From Puniceicoccaceae bacterium Marseille-Q1082 (GTDB lineage: Bacteria > Verrucomicrobiota > Verrucomicrobiia > Opitutales > Intestinicryptomonadaceae): 32,000 nt of DNA. Below are positions 24,093-32,000 of this stretch, in pieces (the stretch's first letter is position 1; the number at the start of each line of letters is the position of its first letter). The stretch spans positions 899,083-931,082 of the forward strand of contig CAJGBI010000001.1 of assembly GCA_904424815.1 (NCBI GenBank), written 5' to 3'. The notes under the pieces were generated by a model that saw only the letters and a list, made by a program, of their open reading frames with translations, had not been told where the DNA came from and made no database searches. Position numbers and translations under genes: made by a program.

Positions 24093-25076
24093 TTATTTGC
24101 GTTTGGAGTTGTCCTTGCCCCTAAGCAGCGAGTTCGGGTTGCGCTGGAGATAGTCAGTAAAATTGGAGATATAGCTCATAGACTCGTTCATGGTCTTTAA
24201 GAGGACGGCGATCTGATATCTGAACGGCGACTGCGGCGCGACGACGGAGTTGACGTTGCGCAAAACCTCGTCGAGGCGCGCCATAATGGATGTTCCGGAG
24301 GCGGAAAACTTTTTGAGTTCCGCGCGGGCGTCGTTCACAAGGGCGTCGGAATCCGAAAGAAGCGCGTCGAGCTTCTTTATCGACTCCGCCACATCCTTGT
24401 TGCGCGCGAGCTCGTCCACGCCCTTTAATGCGGAGACCGCGCTGTCGCTTATCGCCTTGGCGTCGATGCCGTCGAGTTTTTCGTTGACCTTCACGATTGC
24501 CGAGTGGACGTTTTGCCCGATGGCGGCAAAGTCTATCTTTGCGACGTCCGCCATCGTCTTTTCAAACCCTTTGGCGAGCTCGGAAAGCCCCGACTTCGCG
24601 GCGGGAATTTCCTTGAAGCGCGTGCCGCCGTATTTGAGGTCGTACTTTTCCCCCTTGTCCGCGATGAAATCGAGCTCTATGTAGAGCATTCCGGTGACAA
24701 TGCTCTGGTAGTTGAGCTTGGCGCGCAGGCCCTCGGCGATCTGCTCGTCCATCCAGTCGCTGTAATCCTTGAAGTCGGTGCCGGTCTTGCGCCTGAGCTG
24801 GTCGATGTCTATGGAGTACACCACCGACACCGAGCTCTCCTTGATATTCTTGGAGGAGCTTATGAATATGCCCTCCACCTTGCCGATTTTCACGCCCTTG
24901 TATTTCAGTGGGGCGCCGACGTCGAGGCCGTTGACGCTCTCAGAAAAGAACGATATGAAGTTCTCCGTCCTCGAGAAAAACTTGGCCGCGCCGAAAACCA
25001 TTACTGCCGCGACCGCGATGATGGAGGCGGCCATCACGAACATTCCGATCGCCGCCGGGCTGATTTTATTTTTCAT
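24093..25076 (-). CDS. mlaD: MlaD/MCE-domain substrate-binding protein
   Basis: N-terminal TM helix, then MCE core F..SVNGLDVGAPLKYKGVKIGKVEGI and a long helical C-terminus. ATG at 25076 preferred (TTG at 25094 is an alternative); it overlaps the mlaF stop by 11 nt. Confidence 0.85.
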   Translation of the reverse strand: MKNKISPAAIGMFVMAASIIAVAAVMVFGAAKFFSRTENFISFFSESVNGLDVGAPLKYKGVKIGKVEGIFISSSKNIKESSVSVVYSIDIDQLRRKTGTDFKDYSDWMDEQIAEGLRAKLNYQSIVTGMLYIELDFIADKGEKYDLKYGGTRFKEIPAAKSGLSELAKGFEKTMADVAKIDFAAIGQNVHSAIVKVNEKLDGIDAKAISDSAVSALKGVDELARNKDVAESIKKLDALLSDSDALVNDARAELKKFSASGTSIMARLDEVLRNVNSVVAPQSPFRYQIAVLLKTMNESMSYISNFTDYLQRNPNSLLRGKDNSKRK

Positions 25077-25899
25077 AAGCGTCCTTATTTTCAAGCGGGT
25101 CGACGCCGCGGTTGAGGAACACGCGCACGTCTTTGGGGCCGCGTTCGAGAAGTTCGCGCGGGGAGCCTATCGCCCCCTGCGTCTTGGATTTCGCGTCGAG
25201 AAACACCGCGCGGTCGGCTATCGCGAAAATGCTCGCAAGCTCGTGCGAGACCACGACGACCGTCGCGCCGAGAGAGTCGCGCATTTGAAGTATCAGCCGG
25301 TCGAGTCGGTGCGAGGACACCGGGTCGAGCCCCGCGCTCGGCTCGTCGAAAAACAGCACGAGCGGGTCGAGGGCGATGGCGCGCGCGAGCCCCGCGCGCT
25401 TGGCCATGCCGCCGCTGATTTCCGACGGATAAAAGCCGCCGAAGCCGTTGAGCCCGACGAGCGCGAGCTTCAAATCCGCTATTTCAGCGGCCGCCCGCTC
25501 GGAGATTCCGGAAAATTCAGTCAGCGGAAGGGCGATGTTTTCGGAGAGCGTCATGCTGCTCCAAAGAGCGCCGCCCTGGTAGAGAATGCCGAACTCGCGC
25601 AGAATTTCGAGCCTTCGCTCCTCTGTCGCGCCGGAAAAGTCCTCGCCGCGGTAGAGAATCCTGCCCGCCGCCGGCTTGGCGAGCCCTATCATATGGCGCA
25701 AAAGGGTGCTCTTGCCGCAGCCGCTGCCGCCTATTATGAAAAATATCTCGCCGCGCTTTACGGAAAAGTCGAGGTCGCGCATTACGACGTAGTCGCCGTA
25801 CGCCATCGTCAAAGACTCTATCTTGAACACGTCGCTGCCGCCGTCGGGCGCGGGAGGGGTTCCGGCGTTTTTGGGAATGGCTGTTTCGCTGCGGCTCAT
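25066..25899 (-). CDS. mlaF: MlaF-like ABC ATPase
   Basis: Walker A GGSGCGKST, signature ISGGMAKRAGLARA, Walker B LFFDEPSAGLD. The ATG at 25899 overlaps the mlaE stop (ATGA). Confidence 0.9.
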   Translation of the reverse strand: MSRSETAIPKNAGTPPAPDGGSDVFKIESLTMAYGDYVVMRDLDFSVKRGEIFFIIGGSGCGKSTLLRHMIGLAKPAAGRILYRGEDFSGATEERRLEILREFGILYQGGALWSSMTLSENIALPLTEFSGISERAAAEIADLKLALVGLNGFGGFYPSEISGGMAKRAGLARAIALDPLVLFFDEPSAGLDPVSSHRLDRLILQMRDSLGATVVVVSHELASIFAIADRAVFLDAKSKTQGAIGSPRELLERGPKDVRVFLNRGVDPLENKDAYEK

Positions 25900-27080
25900 A
25901 TGTCGAAAATCGTGAATATTACGGCGAAAACCGCGTCGGCTACTATAATCCATGTCACGCTCTGCACGACCGCCGAAGTCGTTGCGAGCCCCACTCCGGA
26001 AGAGCTCTTCTCGCACGCGAGCCCCTGCCGGCATCCTATGACACCCACTATCAGGCCGAAAACTATGCTCTTGCCTATGCCCGTGGAAAGCTGGACGAGG
26101 TTGAGGGCGGCGACCGAGCGGTTGGCGTACTGCTCGTAGGATATGTCGAACATTCCCACGCCTATGGCGAGCCCGCCCATCATGCCTATGACGTCCGCGA
26201 ATATCGTGAGCAACGGAAACACGAGAACAAGCGCGAGTATGCGCGGAAACACGAGAAATTCCATCGGGGATATTCCGAAAGTCCTGAACGCGGAGATTTC
26301 CTCGTTCACTTTCATCGAGCCAAGCTCCGCCGCGAAAGCCGCCCCCGTGCGGCCGCTCATCACAATTCCGACCATTATCGCGCCCATTTCGCGCACCATT
26401 GCGATTCCCACGAGGTCTGCGACAAAGATTTCCGAGCCGTATTTGGCGAGCTGTATCGCGCCCACGAACGCGAGTATTAGCCCCACGAGAAAGCTTATGA
26501 GCGCCACTATCGGCAGCGCCTCGGGCCCCGAGCGCTGGACGAGCAGCGCGAGATCCTTGCCCCTGAACCGCGCGCGACCGGTCACGGCGAGCGCAAACGA
26601 TATTGCGACTTCGCCGACAAATTCCGAAATGGAGTTGAAAGAGCTCAAAACCCCTATCGCGCGAGATCCGACCTTCCCGAAAATCCCACCCTGCTTTGCC
26701 GCGGACTTTCTCGACGCCTCGTCGGCCTCCGGAACGGCGGTTGCGAGCCTCAAGAGAGCTCGCGGCCCCTCGGGAAGAGATTCGGCGTCGAAATTTATGG
26801 AGAGCTTTGAGCACAGCTCCCAGACGCGCAGGAGAAACGCCGAGAGCGCGGAGTCGTACTTTCCGAGCCCCCCCGCGTCGACTTTTAGCGAGGAAACATT
26901 CCCGCGCGACGAGAGCTCTCCCCCGATTTTTTCGAAGGGAGTGCGTCCGTTTTTCAAAAGCCAATCCCCCGAGACGCGCAACGCGAGAGCGTCTCCGTCG
27001 CCGGAAATGGAGGCTGTCGCCGGAATTCCCGTTTCCTCCGATTTCGGCTTTTTGAAAATATTTGAGAAAAATCCCGTCAC
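25896..27080 (-). CDS. mlaE: MlaE-family permease with an N-terminal STAS-like extension
   Basis: The C-terminal ~260 aa is the MlaE core (FVGEVA..., ...GAIMVGIVMSGRTGAAFAAELGSMKVNEEI...). The N-terminal ~120 aa (LALRVSGDWLL...SLKVDAGGLGKYDSALSAFLL) resembles a STAS/anti-sigma-antagonist fold. GTG start at 27080. Confidence 0.88.
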   Translation of the reverse strand: MTGFFSNIFKKPKSEETGIPATASISGDGDALALRVSGDWLLKNGRTPFEKIGGELSSRGNVSSLKVDAGGLGKYDSALSAFLLRVWELCSKLSINFDAESLPEGPRALLRLATAVPEADEASRKSAAKQGGIFGKVGSRAIGVLSSFNSISEFVGEVAISFALAVTGRARFRGKDLALLVQRSGPEALPIVALISFLVGLILAFVGAIQLAKYGSEIFVADLVGIAMVREMGAIMVGIVMSGRTGAAFAAELGSMKVNEEISAFRTFGISPMEFLVFPRILALVLVFPLLTIFADVIGMMGGLAIGVGMFDISYEQYANRSVAALNLVQLSTGIGKSIVFGLIVGVIGCRQGLACEKSSSGVGLATTSAVVQSVTWIIVADAVFAVIFTIFDI

Positions 27081-27084
27081 AATA

Positions 27085-27110
27085 TTTCTATTCAGAGGAC
27101 AAAATAGAAA
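27085..27110. promoter_or_regulatory. 8-bp AT-rich inverted repeat just upstream of the mlaE start
   Basis: TTTCTATT (27085-27092) and AATAGAAA (27103-27110) separated by 10 nt; the repeat ends 4 nt from the GTG start. Confidence 0.25.
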
Positions 27111-27154
27111 AACACCGGCATTTGTAAAGAGCTAATGAATGCGCGGATTTCGCG

Positions 27155-27184
27155 TTGACGCCCCGCGGCGGGGCGCTTTAATAT
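27155..27184 (+). promoter_or_regulatory. Sigma70-like promoter candidate for the beta-propeller/cytochrome gene
   Basis: TTGACG (27155-27160), 18-nt spacer, TAATAT (27179-27184), located 20 nt upstream of ATG 27205. Confidence 0.35.
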
Positions 27185-27204
27185 TTGCCAACTTCCGGCA
27201 TAAT

Positions 27205-29553
27205 ATGCGATTTAAAACCTTTTTTTTAATCCTGCCGCTGCTTGCGCTGCAGTTTACGGGGCGCCTCGCCGCCGGAGGGGAAGGACTGTCGGGATTTTCC
27301 GAATTGGCGTTCATAAAGCGCAACGCCTTCGACCCAAACCACTATTATACGGAGTTCATAAACAGCTCGTGGCGGCCGGGCGGCGGAATTTTCATTCTGA
27401 ATTTGAAAGACGGAAGCCAGCGCGAATTGTTTCCGACGATGTCCGGCGGCGTATTCGGGAGGTTCGACATCTCTTTCGACGCGAAACGCATAGTGTTTTC
27501 ATACAAAAAATCCGCCGGAGAGGGATTCAGGATTTACTCCGCAAAAATCGACGGTTCCGGCCTCAAACAGCTGACTTTTCCCGAGCCGAACGAAGCCGAA
27601 ACCGCAAAGAAGTTCAAGCGCGGCGGATACCACAGCGGAACCGACGACATGGATCCGTGCTGGCTGCCCGACGGCGGCATAGCGTTCGTGTCTACGCGCC
27701 CGAGATACGGCGTGCTATGCGACCCTTCCGACGACCTCACTGTCGCGACAATGTACAGAATGGAGGCGGACGGCTCGGGCATGAAGCGGCTGTCCTACGG
27801 CGCGCTCAGCGAGAACTCCCCGTGCGTCCTGCCGGACGGCAGAATAATGTACACGCGGTGGGAATACGTGGACAAAGGGGCGTCCGCCGTAAAATGCCTG
27901 TGGGCCATGCGCCCCGACGGGACGGGATCCGCGGAAATTTACGGCAACGACATCGCCCTGCCCGTCACAATGATATTCGGGCGGCCAATGCCCGGCGGAA
28001 GGGGAAAGTATGTTTTCATCGGCGCCCCGCACTATCCGCAGGGGCCGAACGGGACGGTGATAACAGCCGACACGTCAAAAGGAACCCGCTCGGAATCCGC
28101 GATGCGCCATATCACGCCCGACGTGGAAATACGCGACGAAAGCGGCTACCATTTTAAAAAGGGCGGAAACTGGAAATTCGACCCGTCGGGAAAGTCGGGC
28201 AGGCTCTTCCGCGACCCCTATCCTATTTCGGACGGAGAATTTCTCGTGGCGATGAAGCCCGAGGGATACGCGTGGAACGACGCTGGCGGATACGAACTCG
28301 CGCTCCTCTCCTCCGACGGCTCCGCGCGGAGAATATACAGGGACGAAAAGTATTCCGCCTTCCAGCCCGTCCCGATAGCCCCGCGCCCGCTTCCGCCGGT
28401 TCTTCCGTCCGCCCCCGACGAAGGACTTGAACGCAGAAACCTCGCCGCCCTTCTGATAACCGACGTCTACGCGGGCCTCGAAAACGTCCCGCGCGGCGCG
28501 GCCAAATACGTCCGCGTCCTCGAGCAAGTCGCGCGGCCGTGGGGCGCAAACAGAATAGCAATGGGCGGCGAAAAGACCGAAGACGCCCACGGGCAGCAGC
28601 ACGCCGCGGTAAGCCGGTATACGCACTTGGGGCTGAAAGTCCAGCGCGGCGTGGCGGAAATCGAGCCCGACGGCAGCGCGTATTTTTTGGTTCCCGCCAA
28701 CCGCAACATATTTTTGCAGGTTTTGGACGAAAATTACATGGCGCTGCAAACCGAGCGTACTTTTGTAAACTACATGCCCGGGGAAATCAGGGGCTGCATC
28801 GGGTGCCACGAGGGCTCCTCCGAAACCCCGCAGCTGGCGAAATCCGCGCGGGTTCTCGCGCTGCGCAAGCCGCCTCAAAAACTGAAACCCCAGCGCGGGG
28901 AGGCGTCTGCCGAAAAGCTTTTCGACTACGCCGCGCAAATACAGCCGATTTTCGACGGGCGCTGCGTCTCATGCCACGGGCAAAACCGGCGCGAAAAGGG
29001 GCTCGACCTGCGCGGAACCCCGACGAAATTTTTCAGCGTCTCGTACGAATCGCTCGTCCCCGACTACGTTTGGCACGCGGGACTTCCAAAGGAGTGCGCC
29101 TTTGAAAGGGAGCGCGTCGGAATGACAAACATGTCTAAAAAAGACTACGCGAGGCTCGACCGGAGGCTGCTCGGCAAAATCATATCCGAAATATTCCAAA
29201 AGGACAACAACGTCGAGTATCTGCCCGCTGGAAGCCTTGGGGCGCGGACGAGCGTTTTGATAGGCGCGTTCGCTCCCGAAGCCGCGGACATAAGGGACGC
29301 GCGCGACGCCGCGCGCGCGCGGGAGCTCGCAAAAATCCACAAAAACATAAGGCTTTCCGACGCCGAAATTCTCGCGCTATCCAACTGGATAGACGCCAAC
29401 TGCCAGTTCCATCCGTCCTATTGGGGCGCGAAAAATCTGAAATACAAAAACGCCCCGCAATTCAGGCCGAAACTCGGTTTCGACGAGGCTATTTCCGAAA
29501 CACCCCCGAAAGGGCTGGAATTTTCGCCCGCGCGAACCGTAAAACTTAAATAG
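27205..29553 (+). CDS. Secreted TolB/HzsA-like beta-propeller protein fused to two c-type haem sites, with a PSCyt1-like C-terminal module
   Basis: Signal peptide MRFKTFFLILPLLALQF at the internal ATG 27205. Propeller-like repeats: WLPDGGIAFVS, VLPDGRIMYTRWEYVDK and MRPDGTGSAEIYG. CxxCH motifs at nt 28795-28809 (CIGCH) and 28963-28977 (CVSCH). The second sits in IFDGRCVSCHG...KGLDLRG...LSDAEILALSNWID, which resembles the Planctomycete cytochrome c domain. Confidence 0.8.
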   Translation: MRFKTFFLILPLLALQFTGRLAAGGEGLSGFSELAFIKRNAFDPNHYYTEFINSSWRPGGGIFILNLKDGSQRELFPTMSGGVFGRFDISFDAKRIVFSYKKSAGEGFRIYSAKIDGSGLKQLTFPEPNEAETAKKFKRGGYHSGTDDMDPCWLPDGGIAFVSTRPRYGVLCDPSDDLTVATMYRMEADGSGMKRLSYGALSENSPCVLPDGRIMYTRWEYVDKGASAVKCLWAMRPDGTGSAEIYGNDIALPVTMIFGRPMPGGRGKYVFIGAPHYPQGPNGTVITADTSKGTRSESAMRHITPDVEIRDESGYHFKKGGNWKFDPSGKSGRLFRDPYPISDGEFLVAMKPEGYAWNDAGGYELALLSSDGSARRIYRDEKYSAFQPVPIAPRPLPPVLPSAPDEGLERRNLAALLITDVYAGLENVPRGAAKYVRVLEQVARPWGANRIAMGGEKTEDAHGQQHAAVSRYTHLGLKVQRGVAEIEPDGSAYFLVPANRNIFLQVLDENYMALQTERTFVNYMPGEIRGCIGCHEGSSETPQLAKSARVLALRKPPQKLKPQRGEASAEKLFDYAAQIQPIFDGRCVSCHGQNRREKGLDLRGTPTKFFSVSYESLVPDYVWHAGLPKECAFERERVGMTNMSKKDYARLDRRLLGKIISEIFQKDNNVEYLPAGSLGARTSVLIGAFAPEAADIRDARDAARARELAKIHKNIRLSDAEILALSNWIDANCQFHPSYWGAKNLKYKNAPQFRPKLGFDEAISETPPKGLEFSPARTVKLK

Positions 29554-29624
29554 GCCCGCGCGAAAAACGGCGCGGCGGCACGACGGGCGACGGGAAACCG
29601 GATTTCTACGCCGCGGAACGCCTG

Positions 29625-29649
29625 AAAAAAAGCCCCCTCCCTATGGGGC
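29625..29649 (-). terminator. Candidate intrinsic terminator for pdxH
   Basis: On the minus strand, GCCCC-N8-GGGGC spans the pdxH stop codon and is followed by TTTTTTT (plus-strand A7 at 29625-29631). Confidence 0.4.
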
Positions 29650-30291
29650 GAGGCGTGAAATTTCCCAAACCGCCGAGCCGTCGGGGGAGGACTTTTTCGC
29701 GTACTCGAACCTGTCGTGCAGGCGGTTTTTTCTGCCCTGCCAAAATTCAAAACTCTCGGGGACAATTCTGTACCCTCCCCAGAAATCGGGCAGCGGAACG
29801 TCGCCGTTTTTGAATTTCTCCTTCATCTTTTCAAACTGCATTTCGAGCAGGCCGCGCGACGAAATCACGCTGCTCTGGCGCGACACCCACGCCCCGAGAC
29901 GGCTCCCGAACGGCCGCGACAAAAAGTAGCGCAGCGACTCCGCCGCCGACACCTTCTCCGCCCTGCCTCCTATGCGCAGCTGCCGCTCCAGGTCAAGCCA
30001 CGCGAAAATCGCGCACACCTTGTCGTTGCCGGCGATTTCGCGCGCCTTGCGGCTCGAATAATTGGTGTAAAACACGAAGCCGTTTTCGTCCCACGACTTC
30101 AAAAGCACCACGCGCGACGACGGCGCGCCGTCCGCCCCCACCGTGGAAACCACCATGGCGTTGGGCTCCGCAACGTCGCATTCGCACGCGTGGTTAAACC
30201 ATTTTTCGAACTGCTTGAACGGGTTGGGATCCAGATCGGAGCGCGACAACCCGCCTTTAAGGTATTCGTTTCTGAACTCGAAAATATCCAT
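29641..30291 (-). CDS. pdxH: Pyridoxamine 5'-phosphate oxidase
   Basis: Full-length match to the PdxH pattern: PF.QF..W, RVVLLK, FYTNY.S.K, R..G....V, FWGGYR and EFWQGR..RLHDR. Confidence 0.92.
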   Translation of the reverse strand: MDIFEFRNEYLKGGLSRSDLDPNPFKQFEKWFNHACECDVAEPNAMVVSTVGADGAPSSRVVLLKSWDENGFVFYTNYSSRKAREIAGNDKVCAIFAWLDLERQLRIGGRAEKVSAAESLRYFLSRPFGSRLGAWVSRQSSVISSRGLLEMQFEKMKEKFKNGDVPLPDFWGGYRIVPESFEFWQGRKNRLHDRFEYAKKSSPDGSAVWEISRLAP

Positions 30292-31682
30292 TATATTATG
30301 TCCCTTATAGTCTTGGACGACGCCGGAAGGCGCGAATATTCGCCGAAAGATTCGACAGCCGCGGCAACCGCGGGCTCGTTGTGCGAAAGCAGCTCGGGCT
30401 TGTCGCCTTCGCTAAGGCCCAGCTGCTTGAAAAATTGCGCGAGCGTCACGGATTCCGGCGGAACGGCGGGCTTGAACCCTGCGGCGTCGCGGGAATCGCC
30501 GAGAAGCACGCCGCACACCAGCCCCTTTGAAACGAGGATATCGAGAGACGCCAATATGGCGCCGGCGGGAAGTTTGAGCTTGGCGGTGAGCGTCTCCGCC
30601 GTCGGCGTGCCGTCGCGCAGGCAAAACTCGCGCGAGACTTCGGCAAACGCCGCAAGAGCGCACAGCGCGCGCATTCCGGGCCCCATGAGGCCCCATGCGT
30701 CTTCGTCGGAGAGGAAGTCCATGTATTGGACGGCGTAGGTAATCTGGCTACCTATGAGTATCACCAGCCAGAATATGTAGAGGCTGAACATCGCCACCGC
30801 CACTATCGCCAAATACCCGTACAGGCTCTGCTGCTTAACGATATAGCCTATATATATGAACGAAAGCTTGTTGTTCAGCATCAGCAAAAGCATTATGATA
30901 AATCCCCCCGCAAACGCCGCTTTCCACTTCACGCGCGCGCACGGAAAAAATTTGTAGAAGCACGCCAGCACCGCCGTCATTACCCCCATGCCCACCAGAT
31001 ACGTTATCCACGAGGCGTAGTCGGAAATTATCGGAATCCCGCCTACGAACGCAGACAGCTGGGAGGTCGCCAGAAAAGTCATTCCGAAAATCGTGCCGAC
31101 CGACCCGAAGAAAATCATCGCAAAATAGAACACAATGCGGTCAACCCATTTGCGACCCTTGCGCGCTCCCCATATCAGGTTGATGGCGCTCTCCATATTT
31201 TTGCAAAGCAAGAGGCACGTGACGAGCATCGTCGCCACCCCTATCGCGCCTCCGGAGACGCTCGCCTTGGAGATTTTCGTGATGAATTTGAAGACGGCCG
31301 GGTTTATCTTCGCCTTCTCCCCTCCGTCCGCTCCGCCGGAAGCCGACATCATTTCGGAGACCGCCGGCATCACGAAAGTTGCGGCGTCCATTATTTTGCC
31401 GTATATGAACTGCTCGCCCTTGTCCCTGAAAAACATTCCCGAAAATAGTATTGTGATGGCGAGTATCGGGCCTATCGCAAGCAGCGTTGCGTACGAGAGC
31501 GACGACGCCTGGACGAACACACGGTTTTTGAGTATGCCGTTTGCCGTCGTAAGCAGTATTCTGAGCAGCAGTATGCCGACGCCCGCAAGCCCCCTTTTGC
31601 CCGAGTATTTCGGGTCCCAAATTCCGTTTGCGAGGAAGTTTTTAACCGCCGCCGCGGGCGAGATTTTTTTCTGAGAATCCAT
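30291..31682 (-). CDS. YihY/BrkB-family inner-membrane protein with a C-terminal soluble extension
   Basis: ATG at 31682 (MDSQKKIS...). Contains the ASSLSYATLLAIGPIL motif and six hydrophobic helices. The last ~130 aa are soluble and resemble a winged helix. The stop overlaps the pdxH start (TAATG). Confidence 0.82.
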   Translation of the reverse strand: MDSQKKISPAAAVKNFLANGIWDPKYSGKRGLAGVGILLLRILLTTANGILKNRVFVQASSLSYATLLAIGPILAITILFSGMFFRDKGEQFIYGKIMDAATFVMPAVSEMMSASGGADGGEKAKINPAVFKFITKISKASVSGGAIGVATMLVTCLLLCKNMESAINLIWGARKGRKWVDRIVFYFAMIFFGSVGTIFGMTFLATSQLSAFVGGIPIISDYASWITYLVGMGVMTAVLACFYKFFPCARVKWKAAFAGGFIIMLLLMLNNKLSFIYIGYIVKQQSLYGYLAIVAVAMFSLYIFWLVILIGSQITYAVQYMDFLSDEDAWGLMGPGMRALCALAAFAEVSREFCLRDGTPTAETLTAKLKLPAGAILASLDILVSKGLVCGVLLGDSRDAAGFKPAVPPESVTLAQFFKQLGLSEGDKPELLSHNEPAVAAAVESFGEYSRLPASSKTIRDII

Positions 31683-31696
31683 TTTATTAAAAAACG

Positions 31697-32000
31697 TTAA
31701 GAAAAGAAAACCGAGTAAAACCAAAGCGACGACGCAAGCGCCGCAGCCCCCGCCGCCGCCGACAGCGCGGGGCCGAGCCTGAGCGTGCACGCCCCGAGCG
31801 CGGTGGAGGCCGCGCAATACGCCCACGCCTGAGCAGAGGCGTCCGGAATGGAATAGGCGACGACCGCCGCGGCCCCCGCGCAAGCCCACGCCTTGAAGCG
31901 CAGGATTCCCCACACGGGAAGGCCGAACGCGAAAAACACGAGCATGAGCGCGTCTGCGGAAACCGAAACGCCCAGCGGAGTGTCCGAAAGCCTCCTCAAA
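31697..32000 (-). CDS. Hydrophobic membrane protein, 5'-truncated by the window edge; C-terminal ~100 aa only
   Basis: Open frame from the window end to the stop at 31697-31699. Ala/Leu-rich hydrophobic segments; family not recognised. Confidence 0.45.
   Translation of the reverse strand, partial: LRRLSDTPLGVSVSADALMLVFFAFGLPVWGILRFKAWACAGAAAVVAYSIPDASAQAWAYCAASTALGACTLRLGPALSAAAGAAALASSLWFYSVFFS

Noticed and set aside
1-32000. Mobile element, prophage or defence island anywhere in the window.
   Set aside because: I recognised no integrase, transposase, recombinase, phage structural gene, toxin-antitoxin system, restriction-modification system or known defence-system domain. The nuclease-like yraN and the ATPase phoH are conserved housekeeping genes in their usual contexts.

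Overview
GC-rich bacterial chromosomal segment, densely packed with about 30 CDS. The gene content points to the PVC superphylum (Lentisphaerota, Verrucomicrobiota or Planctomycetota): a DUF1549/DUF1553 plus Tat-signal DUF1501 pair, a PSCyt1-type cytochrome c module, and GC-rich codons alongside frequent ATA, AAA and TTT codons. Most genes are ordinary housekeeping: LutC-like (partial), metF, alr, yraN, tadA, infA, an HmuUV-like ABC permease and ATPase, HIT, phoH, a 7TM-HD hydrolase, lpxD, fabD, a STAS-MlaE/MlaF/MlaD/PqiC-like lipid transporter, pdxH and yihY. Accessory-looking genes are a 1058-aa secreted clan GH-A-like hydrolase, a translationally coupled DUF1549/1553 - DUF1501 - IPT/PPC-domain trio, a DUF2157/GDYXXLXY-like pair, and a secreted beta-propeller protein with two CxxCH haem sites. 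The clearest anomaly is the ~970-bp gene-free gap between the convergent lpxD and fabD genes (21584-22555). It is filled with modular hairpin repeats: three 27-bp modules, a diverged long copy, an AT-rich palindromic insert, two 98.5%-identical 196-bp tandem units and a 16-bp-stem hairpin. I interpret it as a candidate structured-ncRNA or terminator-array locus; strand and function cannot be settled from sequence alone. I recognised no tRNA, rRNA, CRISPR array, transposase, integrase or known defence gene. The many long arginine-rich ORFs in the six-frame track are off-frame or antisense shadows typical of GC-rich DNA.
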